Positions 51,416 to 63,384 of a DNA stretch of 64,000 bases are shown in pieces. The DNA is from Camelus dromedarius (Eukaryota). The notes under the pieces are model-generated. The model had not been told where the DNA came from. It worked only from the letters and a program-made list of their open reading frames with translations, and searched no databases. Where the stretch lies: positions 42,782,001-42,846,000 of the forward strand of contig NC_087436.1 in the NCBI RefSeq assembly GCF_036321535.1. The letters run 5' to 3'. The first letter of the stretch is position 1, and every line of letters begins with the position of its first letter. Position numbers and translations under genes: made by a program.

Positions 51416-54400
51416 TAATATTAGGATGGGGACAAACAAGTCAGGAATAATTAGGCTATGTGAGAAGGAAGAAAGGTTTACTGTGTAGGAGATAGGTGAG
51501 TTGTCAAGGGTGGAGTACGCAGGGTGGAGCTTAGCTGCATATTTGATTATACTGCAAGAAGCTAACAGGGTGCTCTGTTCAGTGGCCTCTGGTCATGGTC
51601 CCACATTTCCAGGTCACTTGGCAGAATTCCTAGAGTCTCAGGTTTTAAGGAGCAAATAGTATGGGTTTCTCCCTAGTGCCTCTGGCATTTTATTCCCTGG
51701 GGAGAGGTAGCCATTGATTTCTTTAAACTGTGATGCAAAAAACCCCAGTAAGCTCCTAGGGCTTCCCCTGCCCCCTTTACAGCTGCTAGGCAGCCTTGCT
51801 TTGATGCTGATAATACCTGTGGATTAACACAAATCAGAAATTGTTTTCAGTGTCACTCTATTGACAGACACTTAGCAGCTGGGCTGTGGGTCTGTTCATG
51901 TCATATGGGAGTGGACATTAACTTCACATCAGTCCAAGTCAGATTTTTGCCTGACAGCTTGAAAGTTTACCGCATAGAGGCAAACATCTTTCAGAGTTTA
52001 GGAGGAACCAGTTTAGGTGGCGTTTAATATGCCTCCTTGTAAACTGTGGGCATTAGGCCAGACAGGATTGCAAAAAGCTCTTGCTTTAGAGCTGGCCCAG
52101 TTTGCAGTGCCATGCCAGTGCCAAACACATGTTCCATATGATGTAGCACTTACTTGAGACAGAGCATTCTATGTAAAAGATAAATATTCACTCCCAATGA
52201 ATGATGACGGGTGACATCTAGAATGATGATGAATTAAGAATGTCACTCTCTTAAGTCCAGGAAATTTTATCCTGCATTTCAGATGCATTTTAATTTTAGG
52301 ATCAGAAAGAGTAAGATGATACACTCTTAAAGTGTAAGTTATCTAGAAAAATTTTAGGTGATTTGAAACCATACTTGAGATGCTCTCATGTTGCCTACCT
52401 AGACTCTTCATAGCTCTGCTTCCAAAGGGAATTGAACATGGAACTCTGAAAGCAGAGGACTGTGATGTGAAGGAAATAACAATATTCAGTAAATCAAAAT
52501 TCTAGATAATTACAGATGTGTTAAAGAAGATATTTATAATCTATGACTGTTACATTAAAATACCATAATCAGATCATTTGCACCCCACTGAAACTCACCT
52601 TTCTCAGCTTCTCCCTCAAATCCAGTGTACATACTTGCTTCTGCCTTTCGATGACGTCTTGGTCAGATTTCAGAGTTTGGCAGTTCCTTCTAGTCACAAG
52701 ACCAGTCTCATTTCAGAAATGTGAAAGTCCTGACCAGTGTAATACCATTTAAAACTTCTCCCCTCTCCCAGGTCAGGCCTGTCTCAGGCTTGAGACCCTC
52801 CGTGGATCAGGGAAGGGGTGTGATACCCAACACTTTTTGTCACCTCCCTTCCTCTCCCGGTCACTGGTTGCTGTGTGGGGCCCTTCAGGACAGAGCCATG
52901 AGGAGCTTTGAGAGTCTGATTTCAGAGGAGCAGTTCTACTCTGCCTGCTGCCACCTGAGGGTTGCTTGATTGCCGACTCTCTCATGGGGCATTTTTGTGG
53001 GTTTTGGGACCATCTTCTAGGGACCTCTGGTGACAGTTATGCTAATGATGGCCATGTTTCCCCTGGCTGGATGTTTTTAAACTGCCTTTCCAGCTCCCAG
53101 GCTTCTGGCAGTCCACCCCTCTGTTGGGATCACATTGCTTCCCCAGGTGGGCCTCTTGGGGATTGTCTTGCAAGACAGTCAGTTCCTCCTATGGGCCTGC
53201 CATCTGGTTTCATGGAAATGTGCCTCTTTGTCTTGCCACTGGTGGAAGTAGAGCCTGATCACAGAGACCTCCCTGCTTTGCAATACCAGGGCAGCTAGCC
53301 GGCCACAATTTTATGCTTTAGAGTCAGGTTTAAAATAGGTAGCTTATTTTTCCTCAAACTCGAAGGGACGCACCTCTTCTGATATTTCTCTGAGACTGCC
53401 CCGCCTCCCGTCCTTAATTCAGTACCCTGGGTCAACACCCTCCCTGCACTGGATAGGAGGGAGGCAGAGTGTTCTGACCACTCTGTCCACCGGTTCTGCC
53501 TCGTGTCTTGTTACCTGCTCCTGTGCACCTGGAGACCAGCAGTGGGCTCGTGACAGGGATGGCTTGAGCTGACCTCTTGGCGAGCCCTGAATTTGGTTTG
53601 AGCACCCTGTACGTGACAGTTTTGTTTTTAGCCTTCAGGATTTCAGCTAAACCAAGACAATTTCATTTTGATATCTTGTTTCAGTAATGTTTTGGGGTTT
53701 TTTTCCCATTTAGGTGGCTGCATTAAGCCTCATATTTGTGTGTGCATACAGGAAATAAAAGCATCTATGAAATGTGGTAAACTAGGAATATATGATTAAA
53801 ATATGTAGAAGCAAGAATTTTAGATGCCTTGAATTTTTTAACTTGGGGAGTACACTGTAACAAATGATAGTTTCATTCCTTTTCAGTTCAAAGGGTATTA
53901 TTATTACTAAAAACCAGTAATTTCTAGTTTAATTAGTAGTTCATGAGTAGCTAGACTATAAGTTAATCTTCAAAATATCAGTGTGCCTATGTCTGCTTAA
54001 TAATAAATAATAAATATATTAATAATAAATATGGTTAATTATGATGTCTAACAGGATTTTTCCCTCCTAAATACAAAGATAAGTTATATCAAATTTCTAG
54101 TATTCTCACAGGATAGGAAGGAATAAGTGTAGTTTTCACATGTGTAAGATTGACCGGTTTTTGCCCTTATTTCTGGCAGAGCCTCTACTGAAAACCACTT
54201 TTTCCCCCTGATATTCAACTTGGTAATCTTTTCGCTGTGGTTGGTCACTCAGGACTGATGTAATATAAGATATGTATGGCTTTTTAATGACTAGTTTTAG
54301 TAGTATAAATGAGTTCTATTTACTTAAAGAAGAAAATTAATATTATACATTTTGTGAAGTGGTGTGTGGTTTTTTATGTTTAGAATTTAAACAAGAATGT

Positions 54401-54432
54401 ATCTTCCAGTTTTGTTTTTTTGTAAGTGTAAT

Positions 54433-55101
54433 GAGTATGGAGCCAGGTTTAGTAGGCCCTGAAGCTTATGCAATTTGGGACATTCTAAATAAAGGAAAAT
54501 AAAATTACAAATACAAAATTAAACACAAAAGTAAATATATACTTAGAATGAAAATACTCACAAGAAATTATAAATTATAAATTTTTAAAGCTGACAGATA
54601 TGCAGAGCACAACAAAATTCAGAAAAATAGCAAGAATAAACATTGCTCTTCCTTCTCTGTGCACACACTGTGGGGTGAACTCTAGTACAAGTTTATATCA
54701 TGGGCCCACCTCTGGGCAGGCTGGGCTGCGGGCGTCTTCCGGAAGTGTTCCCACATTGAGATAACTAGCAATAAAATAAAGGAAAAAAAAAAAATATAAA
54801 CGTACCAAGAAGTGTCTATGAACTAGGTAAATGTATTATTAAATCCAAACAAAACTGTATTTTCAACTAAACTTCCCCTTAGCTAGATCTCAAAAATGTT
54901 CCTGGCCACTTCGATGTCACTCAGCAGAGGGGAAGTGTGACAGAGGGGAAGAGGGAGTGGGGAAAAAATAATGATTGTAACTGATGGTGTTAAAATATCT
55001 AGATTTGCACATTTTATGAAAACACATGCTTATATAGCTGAGATCCTTTCAGTGGCCTGTGCCTCTGGAAGGGCCTGAAGTTAGCTTCGCAGTTACCTCT
55101 G
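54433..55101 (+). mobile_element. MER115/Zaphod-type hAT-Tip100 element
   Basis: ccaggttt...ggccctgaagcttatgcaatttgg...aaattacaaatacaaaatta...aaagctgaca...gaggggaagtgtgacagagggga...gggcctgaagttagcttc...cctctg. Confidence 0.75.
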
Positions 55102-56007
55102 AGGGCAACTCATTCACAGAAAAAATGGATGACTGAGTGTTCCAGATGCTTAGAGGAACCATAAAAATCCATATTTCTTACATCTCTTTCCTACATTCTT
55201 CTAAATTATTATCCGAAGTTACTCTTTCATTTCTATTTTTAATATTAAACTACACAGGAAAAATTTCCTGTGAAAAACTACATAAACATTTTATATTTTT
55301 CACATTTTGAATAAATTGTGTGTACTGATTATTAGAAAAACATATTTAAGAACAGCAAAATTTGTTTACCACAATAAGAAAAGCTAAAAATAATAGCAAG
55401 TCACTGAAGTACATGCTCTCTTGTGTTACTACGCAACTGCCATAAACCATCTGGGCCACTGGAATCAAATGGTCAAGAGTGGATTGTATATGCTTTGTTT
55501 CCGTACTGGGTCCTTTTAGTCTCTAGGTAGTCAGTTTGAGAGATTAATACATGTCTCAAGTAATTTGGCTCTATTTTGCTTAATCAGGAAAGAAAACTCT
55601 GGCAAATCTTTCCAAAACAAGTAAAATTAACACCTGGAAAGAGGAGTATAGAACAAATTGTGGAGACAGAGGGCAGAATGACATATTATACAAAATTTAT
55701 CTCACACCTCTTTACAGGAGTATAATTAGACTATTTTAAAAAATTTGTATGGATTAAATTATTGATGTACACTTAACATAAAGATATAGATAAATGGAAA
55801 TATCTTTAATTCTTAATATGCACCATCTAATAGCATCATAAATTATTCCTATAAGGATTTGTTTTTTCTATTAACAATCACTTAAGACATAATAGTTTAA
55901 AATGGCACTATTGACAGACATCTATTCTGTGTGAACTCTTCAGTCTGACACCTTGTGTTCTAAATGTCATCTTGGAAAGTTTTGCTTTCCTTCTGTGGAC
56001 AATTCTT

Positions 56008-57259
56008 TTGTGTGTGTATGTGTGTGTGTGTTTTTATTGAAGTACAGTCAGTTTACAATGTTGTTGTCGGTTTCTGGTGTACAGCATAATGCTTCAGTCA
56101 TATGTGAACATGCATATATTCATTTTCATATTCTTTTTCACAAGTTACTGCAAGATATGGAGTATAGTTCCCTGTGCTATACAGTATAAACTTGTTGTTT
56201 TTATATATATATTAGTATCTGCAAATCTCAAACTCCCAATTTAACCCTTCCCACATCCTTCCCCTCCTGGTAACTGTAAGTTTGTTTTCTATGTCTGTGA
56301 GTCTGTGTCTGTTTTGTAAATAAGTTCATTTGTCTTTTTTTTTTTTTTTTTTGATTCCACATATAAGTGATATAATATGGTATTTTTCTTTCTCTTTCTG
56401 GCTTACTTCTCTTAGAATGATGATCTCCATGGATGGGTAAAATCCATCCATGTTGCTGCAAATGGTATTATTCTTTTTTATGGCTGAGTAGTATTCTGCT
56501 GTATAAATATACCACAGCTTCTTTATCCTGTCATCTGTTGATGAACTTTTAGGTTGTTTCCATGTCTTGGCTATTGTATATAGTGCTGCTATGAACATTG
56601 GGGTGCATGTATCTTTTTGACTTAAGGTTCCCTCTGGATATATGCCAGTGAGATTGCTGGATCATATCGTAAGTCTATTTTTAGTTTTTTCAGGAATCTC
56701 CATACTGTTTTCCATAATGGCTGCACCAAACTACATTCCTGCCAACAGTGTAAGAGGGTTCCCTTTTCTCCACAGTCTCTCCAGAATTTATCATTTGTGG
56801 ACTTTTGAATCATGGTCATTCTGAATGGTGTGAGGTGATTCCTCATTGTAGTTTTGATCTGCATTTCTCTGATAATTAGCGATATTGAGCATTTTTTTCA
56901 TGTGCCTATTGGCCATTTGTATGTCTTCATTGAAGAATTGCTTGTTTAGGTCTTCTGCCCATTTTTGGATTGGGTTGTTTGTTTTTTTGTTATTAAGTTG
57001 TATGAGCTATTTATATATTCTGGGAATTAAGCCCTTGCCATTCTCACCTTTCACAAATATTTTCTTCCATTTCGTAGGTTGTCTTTTTGTTTATGGTTTC
57101 CTTTGCTGTACAAAAGCTTACAAGTTTAATTAGGGCCCATTTGTTTATTTTTGCTTTTATTTCTATTGCCTGGATAGACTGCCCTAGGAGAGCATTGCTG
57201 ATGTTTATATCAGATAATGTTTTGCTTGTGTTTTCTCCTAAGATGTTTATAGTGTCTTG
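56008..57259 (-). mobile_element. Young lineage-specific LINE-1 (camelid/cetartiodactyl type), 5'-truncated, with TSD
   Basis: ORF2 C-terminal relics [55 protein letters not shown] and [25 protein letters not shown] ctgtggacaattctt (55993-56007) / ctgtggacaagtctt (57260-57274). Confidence 0.95.
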
Positions 57260-58582
57260 CTGTGGACAAGTCTTGACCATGGTCAACTGCAGGGACTTGT
57301 CTTGGCTATCTGCCTGTTCTGGATACCTCCCTCCTGTTCTTATGCTTCCTGGTTTGCTCCTCATGATGGAATCCTCTGCGGACCCTCATAGTACTGGTTT
57401 CCTTCTCTAGAACCTATAGTGACTGATATCATTGGCAGAATGATAGATACTCAGGCAGGCAGAGGCACCCCTCTGAAAGGGAGACAGCAATGCCATCAGG
57501 GGCTGTAGACCCAGAAGGAGAGCTGGCTAAGGTCACCTGTTGCTACAAGGGCCATAAGCAAGGCTTTCTGCCCATCTCCCTTTATCAACTAGAGGAAAGC
57601 AACATTCTCATTTCCAGTGCTCTGTGCCTGTGCTCTACACAGTTATGCTCCTGCTCCCTCTTTCAAAGGATACCAGCTCAGTTCAAATTCCTTAGCCCCT
57701 CAATGAGAGCTAGTGAGGGGCCAAGAGATGTCCTAAGACTTCTGTTAGGTCTGAACAGTGTTCCCATCTCCTCACTCCATTTTTGGTAGCTATGTAGATA
57801 TTCTATATAATCAGATACTAAACAAACAGTTTTATGGAAGTATTTTATGTAAATTAATGTTTACTATTGTTTACAATTTTAAAAGGTCTATAACATTGTA
57901 TTCTTGTTTAAATTGCTGCGGAACCAGGAGCCTTATAAGATAGGGATTTTGTTTTACATTTGCGTAATTTTATTTAAAGCATTATTTTCATAGAAGATAT
58001 AATGTCATGTGTCTTAGTGAATGCCATTATTGTGGTGGAAGAGAGAAGATATTTCTCCTGTAGGACAACATAAGAATGGTGACATCAAGTTTCACTGCTT
58101 ATTCCTTTACAGATCTAGGAAGTATGCGAAATATATTATCTGCCAGCTCCCTCTTAAACAATATTATATGATAATTTATCTATCAGAATGGCATTTATTT
58201 TGGATATGTGAAATGATGAATAAAAGAGTATCACTAGTTTGTATATAACTGGTTAATTTGAAGGTTTTTCATTTAGATAAAAATTTTTCTGTATTCTTAT
58301 TTCTGAGCTATTTAGAGTGTACCATAGAATTGAATAACTACGAGTTTTTGTCCAGATTTTACTATACTGATTTTGTCTCTTTCTGACCACTGATAATCAG
58401 TGATTTCCCCACTATTTCAGTTATCAAAGGCCTGAATAATATAATCATATGATTTTATGGAAAATATGTTTTCATAATATATTATAGTGCATATAAAATG
58501 AGTAATACTTGATGGAATTGATACACTTTTTAATGTATGTTTTACAGATCTAGTTCTTTTAAAGTTGAACAGATTTTTAGTA

Positions 58583-58790
58583 ACAATAATGATGATATTG
58601 ATTACAATTTATTGATTTTATACTTTGTTCCAGGTACAGTGCCTGGTGCTAGGTAGCTTATGTTCATTTTATAGAAGAATCTTTTGAGAGGTCAAGGAAC
58701 TTTGACACCTAGCTAATAGTAACTGGTGGAACCAGATAGCAACTCTTGTCTGCTCCGCTCCAAAACCTGAGATATCGCCATCCCTCCAGG
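58583..58790 (-). mobile_element. MIR with internal deletion
   Basis: aatttattga...ccaggtacagtgc...cattttatagaaga...gagaggtcaaggaactt...ctccaaaacctga. Confidence 0.7.
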
Positions 58791-61411
58791 ATATTAGTGG
58801 GCAGCAGAATAATGGAGAGTGACCAACACCTGATGTCAGGAAGAATCTGGGTCAAATACATAGTTTAAAGAATCAGTTTTATGGTATGGATTAAACATAG
58901 TTCAAAATAAATGGGTAAAGTGAAAGTATAATATTTATTAATTTAAAGAACCTTTTGTTAAATGAATATGATAGCTTTAAATCCATACATATCATGCTCA
59001 GGTCTGTAATGAAGTGAACCTTTAAATAGTTCCTTCTAACTCATAATCTGGTTTTAAATGTGACCTACTTTAAATGGACAGAAGTTATATTCCTACCAGA
59101 GAAAGGCCTCATTCAGCTAAAAGTAATTTTTCTAAGAAGAAAAATGTGTTCAGAATGTAATCCCAAAACCTGCAGGAGTAGGATCTCTATATAGGTAGCC
59201 ATATTATAGTGCTCTAGAATCTGTACACTAAAGACTGTGCCTTTTATTCAGAGATCACTTTAGGTTCTCACTGGCAGGCTGTGATTATTGTATATTTTTA
59301 TATCCTTGCTGGAGAAACTCAAAGCAGCAAAAAAAGAAGAAAAAAAAAAGTATGAAGAATAGAAAAGGTATAATAAACAACCACAGCAACAGACAACAAA
59401 TGTGCGGTAGTTTAGGTCTATTTTGTTTACTCTTCCCTCTTCTGAGAATGAATAACCAGCCAGCTTTGGTTTTAGATGGGGAACAGGGGAGCTTCTTGCT
59501 TTAAAGTGTAGTTTCTTAGAAGCCCAACAAATGTGAAAAAAGTTGAGAATCAAGTGGGGCTGGTTGCAGTGCAGAAGCCAGAGAAGCAGCTTAAAAAAGG
59601 TGGCTCTGAGGCATTGATCTCACACTAGAGCCTAGGGCCAAGGGAGAACCCAGGAGACAGGAGCAGGAAGGCAGCGGCTTAAGCTGGGAAGCAGGAGGCC
59701 AGCAGAACAAAAATTAATGGTGGAGCTGGATTTTAAACTTTGCATTTTCATGGGCCGCATGGCTGACTCCTCCATAATTTCTGTATAGGATAATTTTAGG
59801 GCTGGGGATCTGTTTTAAGGGAGGGGGAGCTAGAAGAATTAAGTTCTCTTGGTGTAGCAAAGCCATGTCTCCTTAGGCTGTATGTTTACACTCGTCTGTG
59901 TGGGTATGTGTTTGTGTGTGTGTGCCCACACTGCTGGGGAGAGGTGGTAAGTGACCAATTCTGACAGAAAGCCAAACTCCCCACCCTGCCCAAACCATCC
60001 CTTGGCATCTCCTACACTGACAATGTGATTCCTCATGGAGAGATAGGGGGCAGACTGGATCACAGGGCAGCGACCTGTGGGCTTTTACACCTCAGCAGCC
60101 TCTGAGGCCTTCCCTGAAACATAGCAGAGTAATAACTAAAGCTAATAATGATGAACCTGTGGCTTCAAAAAGATTAAATTACATCATCTATGCAAGAAAG
60201 CAACGACTATTAGATTCCCCCTACCTTTTAAAGCTTTGTCATTGACAGTGCGGGGGGGAGTTACTTTTGAAATTAACTTACTGATAAAAGCTCATTCCTT
60301 GATGCTGCCAGATAAATAAGTTGTTGCTTTATGTAGCTTTAATGATACTTCTATTGCTTTATGAAAGTGATTCAAGGCTAGCATTTTAATTTTATTTGTG
60401 ATCAGAGTTATTTTGCATAAAGATAAAATTATATTGGGAACAGGAGTGAAGGATTTATTTCATTAGGTCCAAATTTGTGTTTTCCACGTCATTTGCAATA
60501 AAATATCTTATTAAGTTAGTAATAACCAAAAATACCTTAAAGCTAGGAAGAAATAAATACATTTTCTCAAAATTCTCAGAAACTGTTTTAAAATCCAGAG
60601 TTCTCTGTCCTGGGTAATACTATTCCCTACTGATTTTGTGTCAAAACTGAATGATAGTATATTTTCCTTAAGGCATTTTTATACGGTAGGTCTTCAACCA
60701 TGTATCACTAACAGCATGTACCTTATCAGACTTGACAAGATTGCAGCCTGCAGGGTTATACTTTTATTCATACAGCATTGTGGACTTGAGCTTCACAGGA
60801 GATGAATAAAGTCAAACTATTATAGGTTGAGTACTTTAATAAATATGAAATGATAAATGAAACTGGTTCTACACTAGCTGCAGGGTGTGGGGATAATAAA
60901 AGGAAATCTTCAGATGGTAATAAACAGTATTATGGATGTCTTTCTTGCCTTTTGTGGTCTGTTTTGGCCTCTTACCATTGTAGTTGTGATCGCTGGGAAT
61001 GGTGAGGGTAGGGTGTATGATTTTTGTTGCCCAGTCAGTTAAAAGTGAAGGGAATTTTAAATGTAAAACTAACTCCATCTCTTTAGCAGGATAAATACAG
61101 AAGTATGCTTTTGGTAATAATAGGCACTTAATCACTCCTCCTCACCTACCTACTTCCTCTAAAGTCATGAACTTGATGTTGAATGTGAAACATACAGGCA
61201 ATATGTATTTCCATTATTGCTAAATTCTGATTTTAATGAAAACTTTAGTTCTATCATCTTGTTTGGGATGTCAAAACATGCCCCAGTGGAAGAGTACAGA
61301 TGCCTTATGATTCATAAGAGATCTCTAAGTTATGTAATTGTGTGTAAGAGAAAGTAAGTGAAGCTGCTTATCAGAGAGAAGCTCATGAAAACATCAGTGC
61401 TTATAGTCAGA

Positions 61412-61957
61412 TGTGGCACAAAACCTCTAAGATGGCCCCGATGACCCTTGCTTCCCCTTTCCTTATATAATTACTTACCCTTAAAGTGGGCCAGCTTAGT
61501 GACCTGCTTTTAACAATCAGATATGAGAAGTGTGGTGGGGTGTCACTTCTGTGATTAGGCTAGACAAGGTAGTGACTTCCCTTTTGCTAGCAGACTCTTG
61601 CTTTTGGTGGCTTTGATGAAGCAAGTTGTTGCTGGCACGTGGCAAGCAAGTTGAGGGCAGCTTCTAGCCCATGGCCAGCTAGGGGCTAAGGCCCTCATAT
61701 CACCAGCTCTTGAGGAATTAAGTACTGTCACCAACTCGACAGGCTCAGAAGCAGATCCCTCCCAGTCAGGACTTTACATGAGACCCCAAACCTGGCTAAT
61801 ACCTTCACTGCAGCCTTGTGAGAGGCCTTAAAGTCAAGAGCTCAGTTAAAGTATGCCTAGGTTCCTCACCCGCAGACAATGCAAGGTTAAAATTGTGTAT
61901 TGTTTTAAGCTTCTAAGTTTGTGGCAATTCATTATATTGCAATAGAAAACTAGTACT
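61412..61957 (+). mobile_element. MLT1F-like solo LTR (ERVL-MaLR), full length
   Basis: tgtggc...ctctaagatggcccc...tgtcacttctgtgattagg...gctttgatgaagcaag...ctgcagccttgtgagag...ttgttttaagcttctaagtttgtggcaatt...gcaatagaaaactagtac. Confidence 0.9.
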
Positions 61958-61960
61958 TAG

Positions 61961-62030
61961 GTCTGTTAGTTTGCAGGGAGGCCATAACAAAGTTTCATAG
62001 ACTGGGTGACTTGAATGACAGGTATTTCTT
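61961..62030 (-). mobile_element. MLT1A/C-like LTR 3'-end fragment
   Basis: ttagtttgc...gccataacaaagtttcatagactgggtgacttgaa. Confidence 0.7.
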
Positions 62031-62032
62031 TT

Positions 62033-63232
62033 TATATGTGTTGACACTTGTACATGTGATGCAAAAGCAATAGTGGATAAAATTGCTGAGACCTTTGCCT
62101 GAATCAGAGCAGTGGTATCAGACTGTACTATTGGACTCTGTATTTTTCAGCAACATGCACTCATAGACCCCCTCATCGCAAGAGCTCATTTCACTTCAGA
62201 TTGTCCTTGATGAACCAATTAAAATTGTTACTGTTATTAAACCTTTGATCACACAACATTCTGCATGACTCAACAGGAAGAATGCAAAGAGCACCTCTAC
62301 TCCACATCAGAGTACAATTATTAGCTCAAAGAACACTTGTACCTGCACATTTGAGGTTTGTTTGAGTTTGAAGATGAACTAGCTACTTCTTCATGAAAAA
62401 CCATTTTTACTTGAAATAACTGAACAACTAGCTGTGATTATTCAGATTTAGGTTTTTGACATGCATTTTCTCAAAAATGAACAAAGTGATCCTGTCATTT
62501 CAAGAACAACTGACAGCATTTATTGCTAATAACACAATTCTGGCTTTCAAACAAAATTGGAATTTTGGAAAACTTGTATCTGCCCACGAAACCTAGACTG
62601 ATCCCTAAATTTAAAGAATGTTCCGATGAGATTAGTGGTGATATTAACAACTTACTTTTCTGATAGTGTATAATGAAACGTGGCAACATTTGCAAGAACT
62701 ATATAACTTATTGAACTGATATTTTCCAAATGACCGCTGTGTCATGTTATAAAATTATGCCTCAGTAGAAGACTCCACGTGCAAGGAGGAGCAGTGGATT
62801 TTAATGTGGCAGAGTAAAAATTTTATATTAGAAAATATAGTGTTGAAAATAAATTTGAAGTTCATAACTTCATTGATATGATTCATAAAGTTTATTAATA
62901 AGGTTTCAGATTTCACATGGCAACTAACCTTTAAGAAACTACCATTTGTTGAGTTTTGGTATAATATTAAAGAATAACATGCACAATTATCTATTATAAT
63001 ACTTCCTTCTTGTCCAACTCTGTGTCCTTGTGAGTCAGATTGTCTTTATACACTTCACCCAAACAACATCTTGCAGCGTATTGAATATAGAAGCAGACAT
63101 AAGAATTCAGCTGTCCTCTATTAAGCCAGACTTCAAAGAGATTGCAAAAATGCAACAGTGTCACTTCTCACTTTTTTTTTTTTGGAAGGGGGAGAGGAAT
63201 ATAGTATTTTTCATGAAAAATATGTTACTATG
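62033..63232 (+). mobile_element. Charlie1-type hAT transposon internal remnant (decayed transposase)
   Basis: tgatgcaaaagcaatagtggataaaattgctg...tgtccttgatgaa...; relic FSKMNKVILSFQE at about 62468 resembles the hAT DIFxxLNxLNxxLQG motif; C-terminal IEADIRIQLSSIKPDFKEI in ORF 63030. Confidence 0.85.
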
Positions 63233-63384
63233 CTGGTGTTGGAAAATCAGCATTTTGCTGCCATCATAATAAAGATTGGTTCAGGCAAGAATCATCACTG
63301 AATGCTAAACCTAGAGGGAAATTTTGATGAGGAACAGGATGTTTTCATGGTTTTCAAATATCTTCCCATATACTTACTAGTTAC

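Noticed and set aside
1593..63037. Roughly a dozen scattered AP-1 heptamers (TGAGTCA/TGACTCA)
   Set aside because: The count is close to the ~8 or more expected by chance in 64 kb of AT-rich DNA.
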